Shown here: in pieces, positions 19,304-28,453 of the stretch
How positions within the stretch are numbered: the first letter of the stretch is position 1
How the letters are laid out: the number at the start of each line of letters is the position of its first letter
From: Myxococcota bacterium
GTDB lineage: Bacteria > Myxococcota_A > UBA796 > GCA-2862545
Length of the DNA stretch: 64,000 nucleotides
Assembly (NCBI GenBank): GCA_039208735.1
Contig: JBCCQY010000020.1
Location: 1 to 64,000, forward strand
Direction: 5' to 3'
Program-made: the position numbers and the translations under genes
Notes under the pieces: model-generated
The model's input: only the letters and a program-made list of their open reading frames with translations
Told to the model about the DNA's origin: nothing
Database searches by the model: none

Positions 19304-21843
19304 TTGGCGGCATCTTCCGGAGAGAACATCGATACGCTCGCTCGATCCGCCTTGGGATGAAGGACCCCGTCGCGTTGCTCGAGATTGCCACGGGCGATCA
19401 TCCAATCGATGGCGGCGTTGACTTCGTCGGGCCAAGCATTGCTGGCGAGCCGCACCACGTTTTGGCGTTCGATGGGTCCCTGCATGACGATGGCTTCGGT
19501 CTGGCTCCAGTCGTCGACCACGGAGCGTGCGAGGGCTCGTGCGGCTTCGCGCATGGTGGGATCGACATCGATGGGAGCGTTGGTGGACGCACTGAACGAC
19601 GTGCGACGTAGATGATCCGCAATGGCCGGATGAGAGTCCGCCATCGCAGCAAGTTCACGCGCCGCGTGGTGCTGCCAATGGGGCCGCATCCAGCGCTCCT
19701 CGGCGTCGCTGACGGTCGCGGTGGTGGAGGATTCCAGCACATGCGCGCCGCGGGCTTCGAGACTTCGGCGAAGCGCCGCCGCAGAGACCCCTGACCGCTT
19801 CTCGAACGCGTCGAGGTGGTAGGTCGTGGTGACCATAGCTTGTTGCTGGCGTTCTTGGGTTTGGGCCACGACCTCGGCCACGTCCGACTCGACGTCGAGT
19901 CGCAGTGGCTCCCCGGCGGCAAGGTGCATGCGGCCTAGATCGACGTCGCCGCGGTAGGCCTTTTTGAGCCAGCCGCCCAACCCCTGCAGCGTCATGGCTT
20001 CCTTGTCTCCACCACGCAATTCCTGTAGCAGCGGTCCCGCGTCGGGAATGCGGTCGTACGAAAGGGCAAGCGGCAGCACCATGAACGGCTCCCGCGTGGC
20101 CTGGAGGCTTCGCAAGACCCCACGACGAGCCTTTAGGAAAGCCCCACTGCGGCTGCGTTGTCCTTCGATGAAGACCTGAATGACCGGGTTGCGGGCCACC
20201 TGCTCGGCAATCATCCGGGTGAGGTTGGCGTCGGCCGCACCCTGACCGCGGTGGAGATAGAACGCCCCCATGTTGGCAAACGCCGTTCCCAAAATGGGAA
20301 TGCGGGAGAATGCAGCCGCCGCTGCGATGGCGGGCAGCGGCAGATGGACTTCGGGCAGCGCGTGCAAGGCGTAGCTGATGAGGAGAAAGTCGACGTAGCT
20401 TCTATGATTGGGGCAAATCAGGATGTTGCTTTCGGGCGGAATGGCTTCGATCGCGGCTTCAAGGCTGTCCACATCGACGGTGGCTTGTTCCACGCATTGA
20501 CGTGCCGTCGTCCGCAGGAGCAGCCCGAATCCCCGTTGCAGTGTCGATGCAGCCCCAGGACGCAGGGCCCATCGGGCGTCGGACCCCGAGCTGCGGCGTC
20601 CGGCAATCGGAACGGCACGGCTGTTTCCCCGCAGGAGGTGTTCGTGAACCCCTGCCGCCACTTGATCGAGGTAGACCTGTCGGTCGAAGTCGGGAGGCAG
20701 CACACCGCCCTCGAAGTGCCACGACTCCGACATGAAGGTCCGGAAGGTCTCGTCGAGGCCCCGAACGCGTTGCCGAGCCCGCATCGCTCGCCTTGCCCGG
20801 CCCGATTGACCTGACAACCGGGCAAGCCCCTCCTCGTAGTAGAGCGGCGCTTGCTGGAAGATGTGTCGAACGACGCCGCGTGACAGGCCCGCAGGGAGTG
20901 CGACGAGCTTCGGGGTGGAGCGAACGGGCCGGTTGCGAAGACGACGAATCGTCCACTGCTGGTGTTCTTCGATGCTTGGGCTGTTGGCCGGGCCCGCGAC
21001 CACCTGAACGATGCGATCGGGCGTATCGAGCGCGGCCACGACCTGTTCCGCCACGATGTCGACCGGGATCAGATCGAGCCTCGTGGCTGGGGAACCCTCG
21101 AGCACCCGGTACAGGCCCGCACCGATCGCCGCGACCATTCCAGCGTGGGCGGCCGCGCTGTCGACCCAACCAGGGATGGGCCAGCGCCACGCCACACTCA
21201 CGATGCTGGGACGGACGAGCACCAGCGCGGCATGTTGCTGCCGCTCGTCCAACCGATGTTCCGCCAGGCACTTCGTGAGGGTGTAGGAGTTTGGATGCCC
21301 GGTCTTTGCCGATGCGGCTTTCGCGTCGACGCGCGCTTCCTCACAGAGCGCCTTGGCGGAAGCGGGAAGCGCCACCAACTCTGGTCCATGCCGTTCCGTC
21401 AGCGGCGGGTGGACGTAGGCGGTCGACACACTGACGAGCCGTTCCGCGCGTGCCGCCTCTGCGAGATCTTGAACCCGCAAGGCACCGTCGACGTTGATGG
21501 CCATCGCTTGGTCGCCCGGGAGGTCGAAGCGCACCGAGGCCGCGAGGTGAACCACATGCGTGACGTCTCGCTCAAGGGCTCGTCGAAGGTCAGGCGGAAT
21601 GGCGAGGTCCGAGGCGCGCAAGTCTCCAGGGACGGCGTGCACACGTTCGCGACGCTCTCGGGGGAGATCTCGAAGGGGCAACGTGCGAAGCAGCCGCTCG
21701 ATGCGCGACTGGGCCCGCGCTGGCTGGTCGGCGGGCCGGACGAGGGCGTACACCCGACTTACCGAGTCATCTTCAAGCAGCCTACGGAGCACCAGCTTGC
21801 CGATGAAGCCGGTGGCTCCGGTCAAAAACACGACGCGTTTCAT
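19300..21843 (-). CDS. fatty acyl-CoA reductase - DHAP/G3P acyltransferase fusion (FARAT-like)
   Basis: FAR: TGATGFIGK, HLAASVRFD, PNSYTLTKCLAE, VRPSIV...PGWVD, DLIPVD; acyltransferase: PNHRSYVDFLL, GAFYLHR, FIEGQRSRSG, PLALSYDRI. Confidence 0.92.
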   Translation of the reverse strand: MKRVVFLTGATGFIGKLVLRRLLEDDSVSRVYALVRPADQPARAQSRIERLLRTLPLRDLPRERRERVHAVPGDLRASDLAIPPDLRRALERDVTHVVHLAASVRFDLPGDQAMAINVDGALRVQDLAEAARAERLVSVSTAYVHPPLTERHGPELVALPASAKALCEEARVDAKAASAKTGHPNSYTLTKCLAEHRLDERQQHAALVLVRPSIVSVAWRWPIPGWVDSAAAHAGMVAAIGAGLYRVLEGSPATRLDLIPVDIVAEQVVAALDTPDRIVQVVAGPANSPSIEEHQQWTIRRLRNRPVRSTPKLVALPAGLSRGVVRHIFQQAPLYYEEGLARLSGQSGRARRAMRARQRVRGLDETFRTFMSESWHFEGGVLPPDFDRQVYLDQVAAGVHEHLLRGNSRAVPIAGRRSSGSDARWALRPGAASTLQRGFGLLLRTTARQCVEQATVDVDSLEAAIEAIPPESNILICPNHRSYVDFLLISYALHALPEVHLPLPAIAAAAAFSRIPILGTAFANMGAFYLHRGQGAADANLTRMIAEQVARNPVIQVFIEGQRSRSGAFLKARRGVLRSLQATREPFMVLPLALSYDRIPDAGPLLQELRGGDKEAMTLQGLGGWLKKAYRGDVDLGRMHLAAGEPLRLDVESDVAEVVAQTQERQQQAMVTTTYHLDAFEKRSGVSAAALRRSLEARGAHVLESSTTATVSDAEERWMRPHWQHHAARELAAMADSHPAIADHLRRTSFSASTNAPIDVDPTMREAARALARSVVDDWSQTEAIVMQGPIERQNVVRLASNAWPDEVNAAIDWMIARGNLEQRDGVLHPKADRASVSMFSPEDAAK

Positions 21844-23702
21844 GAGCGCTCACTCAACCCTTGGTTTCCAACACCGAAGATGTCGTGTGGGTCGACAGCC
21901 TGCTTCAATTTGCGGCGCAGGGTCGTGCGCCCGTCGTCCTCTGCGCGATGGAGCCACGGGGTCCGCGTCTGACCGATTCCATGATGGTGGGAAACCGCGG
22001 CTCCATGGGTCAGCATGGCTTCTCGCGCGGCCCCTTCGAGGGCATGCCAGGCGGCGGACGGATCCTCGACCTGCTTGTAGACGAAGCCCACGTAGAAGTA
22101 CGTGCACACGCCTTCTGGGTAGATTTGGGAGATTCGCGAGGTCACGAAAGGGCGCCCCGGGAGCCCCAGTTCGGCATGCCGATCGCGAATGGCCTGCTTG
22201 ACGGCGGCGATCATGGGCATCGCGTTGCGCCAGCTCACCGAGGTTTCGAACGACTCGCCCCACACCCAGTGCTCGAGCATGTAGTCGCGGATGTAGGCGA
22301 TGGCGAAGGTCAGTCGATAGCCATCGGCCCCTCGGCTGCTACCTCCGTCGATGCCGCCAAACTGTTCGGCGATCGCTCGGACCGTCTTTTGCTGACGTTC
22401 AACCAGTTCTTGCGAACCCTCGTAGACCACCGTTGCGGCGGACACCTCGGAAAGGTCGAAGCCGTGCCACCGCTGCAGGACTTGTTGTTGGAGCCACTTG
22501 AGGGGAAGGTCGCGTCGCCGAGGGGCCGGTTTTAGGGCCTGGGCGAAGGCCAGCTGGTCGTTGTCGACAAGGCGAACGCTCGCCGGAACATCGCCGTGTT
22601 GCGTCAAGGCGTACAGAAAGCCAACCCCGGCCGCGAAGTCAGGGAACGCGATGGATCCGTAGCGCTGGACCTCCGGCAATCGGTGCAACCGGACCTTCGC
22701 CTCGGTGATCACGCCCAACGTGCCTTCAGAGCCGAACCAGAGGGTCTCGGGGTCGATCCCATGCGACGTTCGGGGTACCCCGGTGAAGGCGCCGACCTCG
22801 CCCGCTGCAGTCACGCCATCGGCTTGGAGCACGACCTGCTCGATGTTGCCGTAACGATTGCGCTTCATGCCACTCGCCCGCGTCGCGACCCAACCGCCCA
22901 GCGTCGAGAACTCGATGCTGTCGGGCTCGTGGCCTAGCGTAAAGCCGTGTTCGGCGAGCTGTTCGGCGATGACGCGTCCCACCGCTCCCGCTTGGATGCA
23001 GGCCACCGCGTCGACCGGATCGATCCATCGAACCCGGCTCATCCGTGCAAGATCGATCGAGATGATGATCCGAGACTCGACGTCGTGGCACTGCAACGCA
23101 CCGGTCACGCTCGTTCCCCCGCCGAAGGGGATGCACGTGGCTTCGTGGTGGGCGGCCGTGCGAACGATCGCGGCGACCTCCTCCGTCGACTCGGGCATCA
23201 CCACGATGTCGGGGGCTCGGGCCAGTCGACCGTAGTTGACGGTGTAGATCTCGGATGCCGTGTGGCCGTGACCATGTCGGACGCGGGTTGGGCCATCCGT
23301 GAACATCCGGTCGCCTACGATCTGCTCAAGAGCTCGTTCTAGCGCCGGATCCGACCGACGCTCTGGAGCGTGAGGCTCGGCAAGGGGGACGTGGCGGTCT
23401 TCGGCGGACAGCTCGAAGCCAAGCACGTCGCGAGCAAACTTGGTCAGGGCGGGCAGCGCCACCCCACACAGCGGATACCGATTGCCTTGCAGACGCGGGG
23501 CGCCAGAACGATCCCAGACGAACCGCGTGTCGTCGAAACCCCAACGCCGGGCCGCGGGGGCATCCGCACGAGGAATCGCGGTGGGCGGCGGGTAGATCCG
23601 GTGGGCGCCAAGGGTCTCGGCCACGGTGGAGGTGAATGTGCGTCCGAGCCACTGCCGAAAGCGGCTTCGAAAAGAGGGTTTCGTTGGTGTGGGACGGACC
23701 AC
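21840..23702 (-). CDS. agps: alkyldihydroxyacetonephosphate synthase (AGPS), FAD-dependent
   Basis: PFGGGTSV, GHEPDSIEFSTLGGWVATRASGMKRNRYGNIE, GSEGTLGVITEA, LTFAIAYIRD, ESFETS, SHHHGIG; GGAGG RBS before GTG 23702. Confidence 0.93.
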   Translation of the reverse strand: MVRPTPTKPSFRSRFRQWLGRTFTSTVAETLGAHRIYPPPTAIPRADAPAARRWGFDDTRFVWDRSGAPRLQGNRYPLCGVALPALTKFARDVLGFELSAEDRHVPLAEPHAPERRSDPALERALEQIVGDRMFTDGPTRVRHGHGHTASEIYTVNYGRLARAPDIVVMPESTEEVAAIVRTAAHHEATCIPFGGGTSVTGALQCHDVESRIIISIDLARMSRVRWIDPVDAVACIQAGAVGRVIAEQLAEHGFTLGHEPDSIEFSTLGGWVATRASGMKRNRYGNIEQVVLQADGVTAAGEVGAFTGVPRTSHGIDPETLWFGSEGTLGVITEAKVRLHRLPEVQRYGSIAFPDFAAGVGFLYALTQHGDVPASVRLVDNDQLAFAQALKPAPRRRDLPLKWLQQQVLQRWHGFDLSEVSAATVVYEGSQELVERQQKTVRAIAEQFGGIDGGSSRGADGYRLTFAIAYIRDYMLEHWVWGESFETSVSWRNAMPMIAAVKQAIRDRHAELGLPGRPFVTSRISQIYPEGVCTYFYVGFVYKQVEDPSAAWHALEGAAREAMLTHGAAVSHHHGIGQTRTPWLHRAEDDGRTTLRRKLKQAVDPHDIFGVGNQGLSERS

Positions 23703-23915
23703 GGGGCCTCCGAGAGCCAGGTCGATCGACCAAATCACGAGGGACCGTCATTACACGGCCAACGATGGGTTGTGCGAGCAACGAACGGGCGCACCACCGA
23801 AGATGCACCGATAAGGTGGACTTGTGGGAAAAAAAGAGAATCCGCCGCGGTCGTTCTAAATCGACATCAAAGTGCACCGCATGTCGGGCCAAGGACACTG
23901 GCCGATCGTCGAGCG

Positions 23916-24752
23916 TCAGCCCTCTGTTCCCTCGAACAAGGGGGTGAGTTCTCGAAGCGCACCGGCGAGATGCTGCAGGAGTGTGCGGACGCGCGCCGAA
24001 CGCCGCAGGTCGGCGTGGGTCAGCACCCACAGTGACGAGTTGGTCGCCGCGAGAGTCCCCGGGACGCGCTCGATCCCAGGTGTCCGATCCCCGACGAAGC
24101 AGGGGAGGATGCAGCGGCCGACCCCCGATGCGACGGCTCGGGCCTGCAGGGCGGCCGAGTCGAAGCGGGCCACGACGGGCACATCGTCTGGGGTGACGTC
24201 GAGACGCCTCATGAAACCAGACCACCCGATCCAGTGCGAAGGGCGGGTGCCGATCGCGACATACTGAGCGCCCCAGATCTCGCAGATTCTTCGCCCCACC
24301 GCGCTTCCTGGAGGACCGGGGCTGCCGCGAACCGAGAGATCGGCCTCATTGCGGTCGAGGTTCCGCACTTCGTTTGCTGCGAAGACCTCGAGTTCGATCC
24401 GCGGATGTTCGTTTATGAACGCTTGGAGAGGTTCGATCAGGCAATCGGCGAGGACATCGGCCGTGGCGATCCGCACGGTACCTTCGAGTTCAAGGTCCTC
24501 TCCGGACGCTCGACGGGAGAGCAAGGCGACTTCGGCCTCCACACGCTCGGCGTGGAGTCGCACCGCCTCGGCGGCCTCAGACTGGACGAGGCCCCGAGCG
24601 CTCCGGACGAACAGCGGGGTGCCGAGTTCGTCCTCGAGGGCGCGGATGCGACGGCTTACCGTCGACTGGTTGACACCAAGGTCGGCGGCGGCCGAGGTCA
24701 ACGAACCAGCTCTCACCGCAGCCAGAAAGTAGCGAATGTCGTCCCAGTCCAC
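23916..24752 (-). CDS. LysR-family transcriptional regulator
   Basis: MDWDDIRYFLA...GSLTSAA..LGVNQSTVSRRIRALE HTH plus substrate-binding domain. Confidence 0.95.
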   Translation of the reverse strand: MDWDDIRYFLAAVRAGSLTSAAADLGVNQSTVSRRIRALEDELGTPLFVRSARGLVQSEAAEAVRLHAERVEAEVALLSRRASGEDLELEGTVRIATADVLADCLIEPLQAFINEHPRIELEVFAANEVRNLDRNEADLSVRGSPGPPGSAVGRRICEIWGAQYVAIGTRPSHWIGWSGFMRRLDVTPDDVPVVARFDSAALQARAVASGVGRCILPCFVGDRTPGIERVPGTLAATNSSLWVLTHADLRRSARVRTLLQHLAGALRELTPLFEGTEG

Positions 24753-24869
24753 TCAGGTCCCCAAGCCATGCGTGTATGCATGACTCTAATGCAAATTGGG
24801 TCGTGGATCCGCATCTGTGCATTGGTCATGAAGCTTCGGGAGCTCGAATGCTTCCGAGGAGGATTTCCG

Positions 24870-25826
24870 ATGAGTCGATTCATGCTTGTGTCGTTGACGC
24901 TGGCCCTAGGGGCATGCGCAAACGTCGCGTCCATTCCACTGCTCGGCAACGCCACATACCCCGAGGGCATTGCGGCTCACGCGCACACCCAAGAACTCTT
25001 CGTTGGGGGAGTGGCCAATGGCGATATCCAGCGCGTCGATGCCCAGGGAGAGGTCACCTTCTTCAAGGAGGCCCATGAGGATGGCTTGGCCAACGTGATT
25101 GGGCTGGCCGTCGACCCCGAACGGAACCGGCTGTTCGTGTGCTCGACTTCGTTCTTCGATCCAACCGTGGCACCTTCCCTCGTGGTATTCGATACGGTGA
25201 CGGGAGATCGTCTCGCATCGCTGTCTGCACCCGACGACGGTTTGCCGCACTTCTTCAACGATGTCGCCGTAGATAGCGCAGGTCGCGCCTACGTCACCGA
25301 CTCGTTTGCCCCCATTGTGTACACCGTGGGCGTCGAACTCGAGAGCCTCGACGTTCTCGCGACCGACCCCGCCTTCGTGCTCGACCCGCAGGGCTTCAAC
25401 CTCAACGGCATTGCCATCACGACGGACGACCGCTTCGCGATTGCTTCGGTGGCAACCCTGGCCGGAATCGGGCAGCTGTTTCGGATCGGCCTCGATGATG
25501 GCTCCGTGCAGCCGCTCTCCACGCCAGCATCGTTCTCTGGGGTGGATGGTCTTCTCACGCTAAACGCTCGTACGATGGTTGGAATCGGGGGAAGTTCTTC
25601 GGTCCAGCGCTTCGACTTCAACGACAACTTCGACACCGTCAACGTGACGAGCGTCCCTGAGGCCGACGAGTTCCTCGACTTTCCGACCACGGCAGCGCGG
25701 CTTGGCGCGCGGATTTTCGTCGTCAACAGCCAGTTGGACCATTTTGTGCCCGGCCAGCCAGCCTTCGGAACAGACCCGGAACTTCCGTTCGAAGTAGTTG
25801 GCTTTTCCAGCTGGTGGCTTCGTTAG
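24870..25826 (+). CDS. SMP-30/gluconolactonase-like beta-propeller lipoprotein
   Basis: Lipobox LGAC; YPEGIA, FFNDVAVD, NLNGIA, DGL, PTT...NSQ; divergent from the LysR gene. Confidence 0.85.
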   Translation: MSRFMLVSLTLALGACANVASIPLLGNATYPEGIAAHAHTQELFVGGVANGDIQRVDAQGEVTFFKEAHEDGLANVIGLAVDPERNRLFVCSTSFFDPTVAPSLVVFDTVTGDRLASLSAPDDGLPHFFNDVAVDSAGRAYVTDSFAPIVYTVGVELESLDVLATDPAFVLDPQGFNLNGIAITTDDRFAIASVATLAGIGQLFRIGLDDGSVQPLSTPASFSGVDGLLTLNARTMVGIGGSSSVQRFDFNDNFDTVNVTSVPEADEFLDFPTTAARLGARIFVVNSQLDHFVPGQPAFGTDPELPFEVVGFSSWWLR

Positions 25827-25922
25827 CGCTCGGAACGTTTCACAACCCTTGCAAACGGTTCCGAGGCAAAGAGGGGCGCGTTACCTCACTGACGAATCGA
25901 CAATAACGTCAAGAGAGGAACG

Positions 25923-26246
25923 ATGAAAACGGTATCCCTGGCTTGCTTTTTCGGACTATCCCTCGTCGCGTGCGGAGAACAGACCTTCGTTTGCGTAGAT
26001 TCCATTGAGCAAGGGGACGCCGATGGCCAGCTCGACGACTTTGTCGGACTCGAGGTTTGCTACGAGGTCGTAGGCACGCGGAGTGTGTGCACCGACGATG
26101 GTGGGAACGCGGTGGCCTACGACAACAATGAGCAAACCAGCGATGAAGCCTGCCTGGCGGAGGGCTTCCGCTTCCGGTGTGGCCAGGCCGCCGCGGTGGG
26201 CACCGCAGAGGGGTGTCCCGAAGGGTTCGACGTCGTAGAGCTGTGA
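25923..26246 (+). CDS. small Cys-containing lipoprotein
   Basis: GAGG RBS, lipobox LVAC, 6 further Cys. Confidence 0.75.
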   Translation: MKTVSLACFFGLSLVACGEQTFVCVDSIEQGDADGQLDDFVGLEVCYEVVGTRSVCTDDGGNAVAYDNNEQTSDEACLAEGFRFRCGQAAAVGTAEGCPEGFDVVEL

Positions 26247-26248
26247 GC

Positions 26249-26638
26249 CTACGAACGCGAGGCACCCCAGGCCCCTACCCCCGCAAGCCCAACCACGTAG
26301 AGGCTCCAGCCCACGACGATGATTCCGGCCGCAAGCCCCGGGTCTCGGTAAAACATCAGGACCGACAACGTGGTCACCCAGCTCATAACGAACGCGCCTG
26401 GCACGCCGAAGGCGAAGGCCGATGCGGGACTTCCGCTGGCTGGGTGGACGACGGGCTTGGTGGACGTGACGGGAGGAATCTTATTGGCGACCATGTCTGC
26501 CTCCGTTTCTCGAAGGTAGAGCATGAAACGTGCCAGTCTCCTTAGTTCTTGAAAAAGCTGGACTTTCGACGGATTCGCCGTCGGTTCAGGGGGCGGTCTT
26601 GTGGCAACCGGCACATCTAGGTGTGTGGTGTGCCCCAC
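26249..26638 (-). CDS. small membrane protein (start uncertain)
   Basis: Two hydrophobic segments at the C-terminus. Confidence 0.45.
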   Translation of the reverse strand: MGHTTHLDVPVATRPPPEPTANPSKVQLFQELRRLARFMLYLRETEADMVANKIPPVTSTKPVVHPASGSPASAFAFGVPGAFVMSWVTTLSVLMFYRDPGLAAGIIVVGWSLYVVGLAGVGAWGASRS

Positions 26639-26666
26639 CCGCTGTCGGCCTGCGAATGTCGTTTTG

Positions 26667-28421
26667 CTACAGCGATTTCAGGTAGTCGATCAGGGCGTTG
26701 AGCTCCTCGTCCTGGAGCTGTGATGTGACTCCGTGTGAGTCGCCACCGCCACACTCGGGATCGAGGAACCGGTCCCGCAGGGTTGGAGCGCACCCATCAG
26801 ACATGTAGGGCGCCCGGGCTCCCACGGCGATGAGGCTGGGGGTCTTGGTCGGCACGGTTTGGCCTGGCCGCACGAGATGGCGTTGCGCGTCACTCATCTG
26901 GGGCCCCCGATGGCAATCGGCACAGCCCAACGCTGGGCTTTCGAACAGCATCTGGCCTGCGTAGATTTGCTCATCATCGCCTAGGTTCGGTTGGGTCGGC
27001 GGAAGCCTGTCCATCCATTCACCAAGGGCGGGAACATCGGGCACCTCGCTGACCCCCATACGGCCGAGGAAGACGTCTTCCATGAGCTGGTCGAGTCGGG
27101 TGAACTCGCCATCCCAATGGAAGGGAGCACGTTGCATGACGCCCCCGGCCAGATTCTGGGTACGTCGAGGCCCGAGATCTTCGAAGAGCCAGACGTGGCC
27201 ATCATCTTGGCCTTCGGGATGACACGTCGCACACGCCAGTCCCGACGGCGTCAGCTCGTGAAAGGCGTCGAAGGCTTCGTTTGAAGAATACGTGTCTCCA
27301 AGGTCGATCTGGACATCGAGGGAGGACAGGTGTGATGGCTCACGTCGAAACACCACCGTTCGCCCATCGATGCGTACGATCGAAGTGGCGGGCATGGGCA
27401 TTTCGAAGGCGTCCACCTCTGCAAAGTCAAGACAAGGCCCTTCGAACGGGTAGATGAAGGTGAAGGGAATGTAGGCGGCGGTGGTAAACGACAGCGGCGC
27501 ACCCAGCAGCGGTGGGGCCAGATTGGGCACCCAGACCCCATCTGCTTCTACCCAAAAATCGTAGGCTGGACTGACGAACGGAAGGGCGGCGCTGGTCTCG
27601 ATATCGTCTTCGTGAAGCCAGGTGAGGTGGGTGGTGCTCACCGTCTCACCGGTGCACACGTTGCCTCCTCCGTAGGCCGGGGTCGCCTCCTCCTTCCCTG
27701 GGTCCAGCTCGATCGGGCGATTGGATTGGGCGGAATGCAAGACGAGAACGCCCCCGTCAGGGTGGGGGTGCATGCGCCACGCCACGCGGCCGGTCGATTC
27801 GGATTGCACGGTGGGCGAAAGGTCAGGAAGGGCTCGGTATTCCACCTCCAACGTCGTGCGATCAAGCCGCATCACCTCGGAGCTTCGGAAGGACGAGACC
27901 CAGACCACGGCACCCTCGATCACCACATCGCGGAGGTCTGGACCGGGTTGGGCCGACCGCTGGATCACAAGGTCTCGATCCAGTTCGACCAGATCGCCCG
28001 ATGCGCAAGCGACGACCAGGCCATTTGCGTCTGTGTCGATCCCTCGGGGCTCGACACAGACGTTGGCGGTCGTGACCGTGAAATCGAGCAGGTTGAGCTT
28101 GGCCACCTGGCCGGTTCCTCGAAGCACCACGTAGGCCGAGTTTCCGTCGATGTGACTCCGAAAAGGAGCCGCACCTTCTTCGAACTGGAAGCGATGGACC
28201 AGTGCAAGGTCTGGGGTGGTGAGCGTGATGCGGTCGAGGCCAGGATCGGCCACGAGAATCCGCTGCTGATCCACGCTCATGGTGCCGCCATAGATCGGGG
28301 TGGTCCTCGAGGTCGCGACGGGCGGCTCCACCTCGGGTGGCGCATCGGTGCGGTCCGGAGACGCGACCTGCACGGGTGCCTGGCAGCCGATTCCCACTCC
28401 GACCCACAGCGCGACCCTCAT
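26667..28421 (-). CDS. beta-propeller plus diheme cytochrome c peroxidase-like lipoprotein
   Basis: CATCH...RRTQ...PFHWDG and CADCH...TPSL...APYMSDG; N-terminal propeller-like repeats. Confidence 0.85.
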   Translation of the reverse strand: MRVALWVGVGIGCQAPVQVASPDRTDAPPEVEPPVATSRTTPIYGGTMSVDQQRILVADPGLDRITLTTPDLALVHRFQFEEGAAPFRSHIDGNSAYVVLRGTGQVAKLNLLDFTVTTANVCVEPRGIDTDANGLVVACASGDLVELDRDLVIQRSAQPGPDLRDVVIEGAVVWVSSFRSSEVMRLDRTTLEVEYRALPDLSPTVQSESTGRVAWRMHPHPDGGVLVLHSAQSNRPIELDPGKEEATPAYGGGNVCTGETVSTTHLTWLHEDDIETSAALPFVSPAYDFWVEADGVWVPNLAPPLLGAPLSFTTAAYIPFTFIYPFEGPCLDFAEVDAFEMPMPATSIVRIDGRTVVFRREPSHLSSLDVQIDLGDTYSSNEAFDAFHELTPSGLACATCHPEGQDDGHVWLFEDLGPRRTQNLAGGVMQRAPFHWDGEFTRLDQLMEDVFLGRMGVSEVPDVPALGEWMDRLPPTQPNLGDDEQIYAGQMLFESPALGCADCHRGPQMSDAQRHLVRPGQTVPTKTPSLIAVGARAPYMSDGCAPTLRDRFLDPECGGGDSHGVTSQLQDEELNALIDYLKSL

Positions 28422-28453
28422 ATGCCCTCCCGACGATGCGCGATGAGGCGATT

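Noticed and set aside
24234..24869. N-terminal extension of the 530-aa ORF
   Set aside because: It is antisense to the LysR gene; the RBS and lipobox place the start at 24870.
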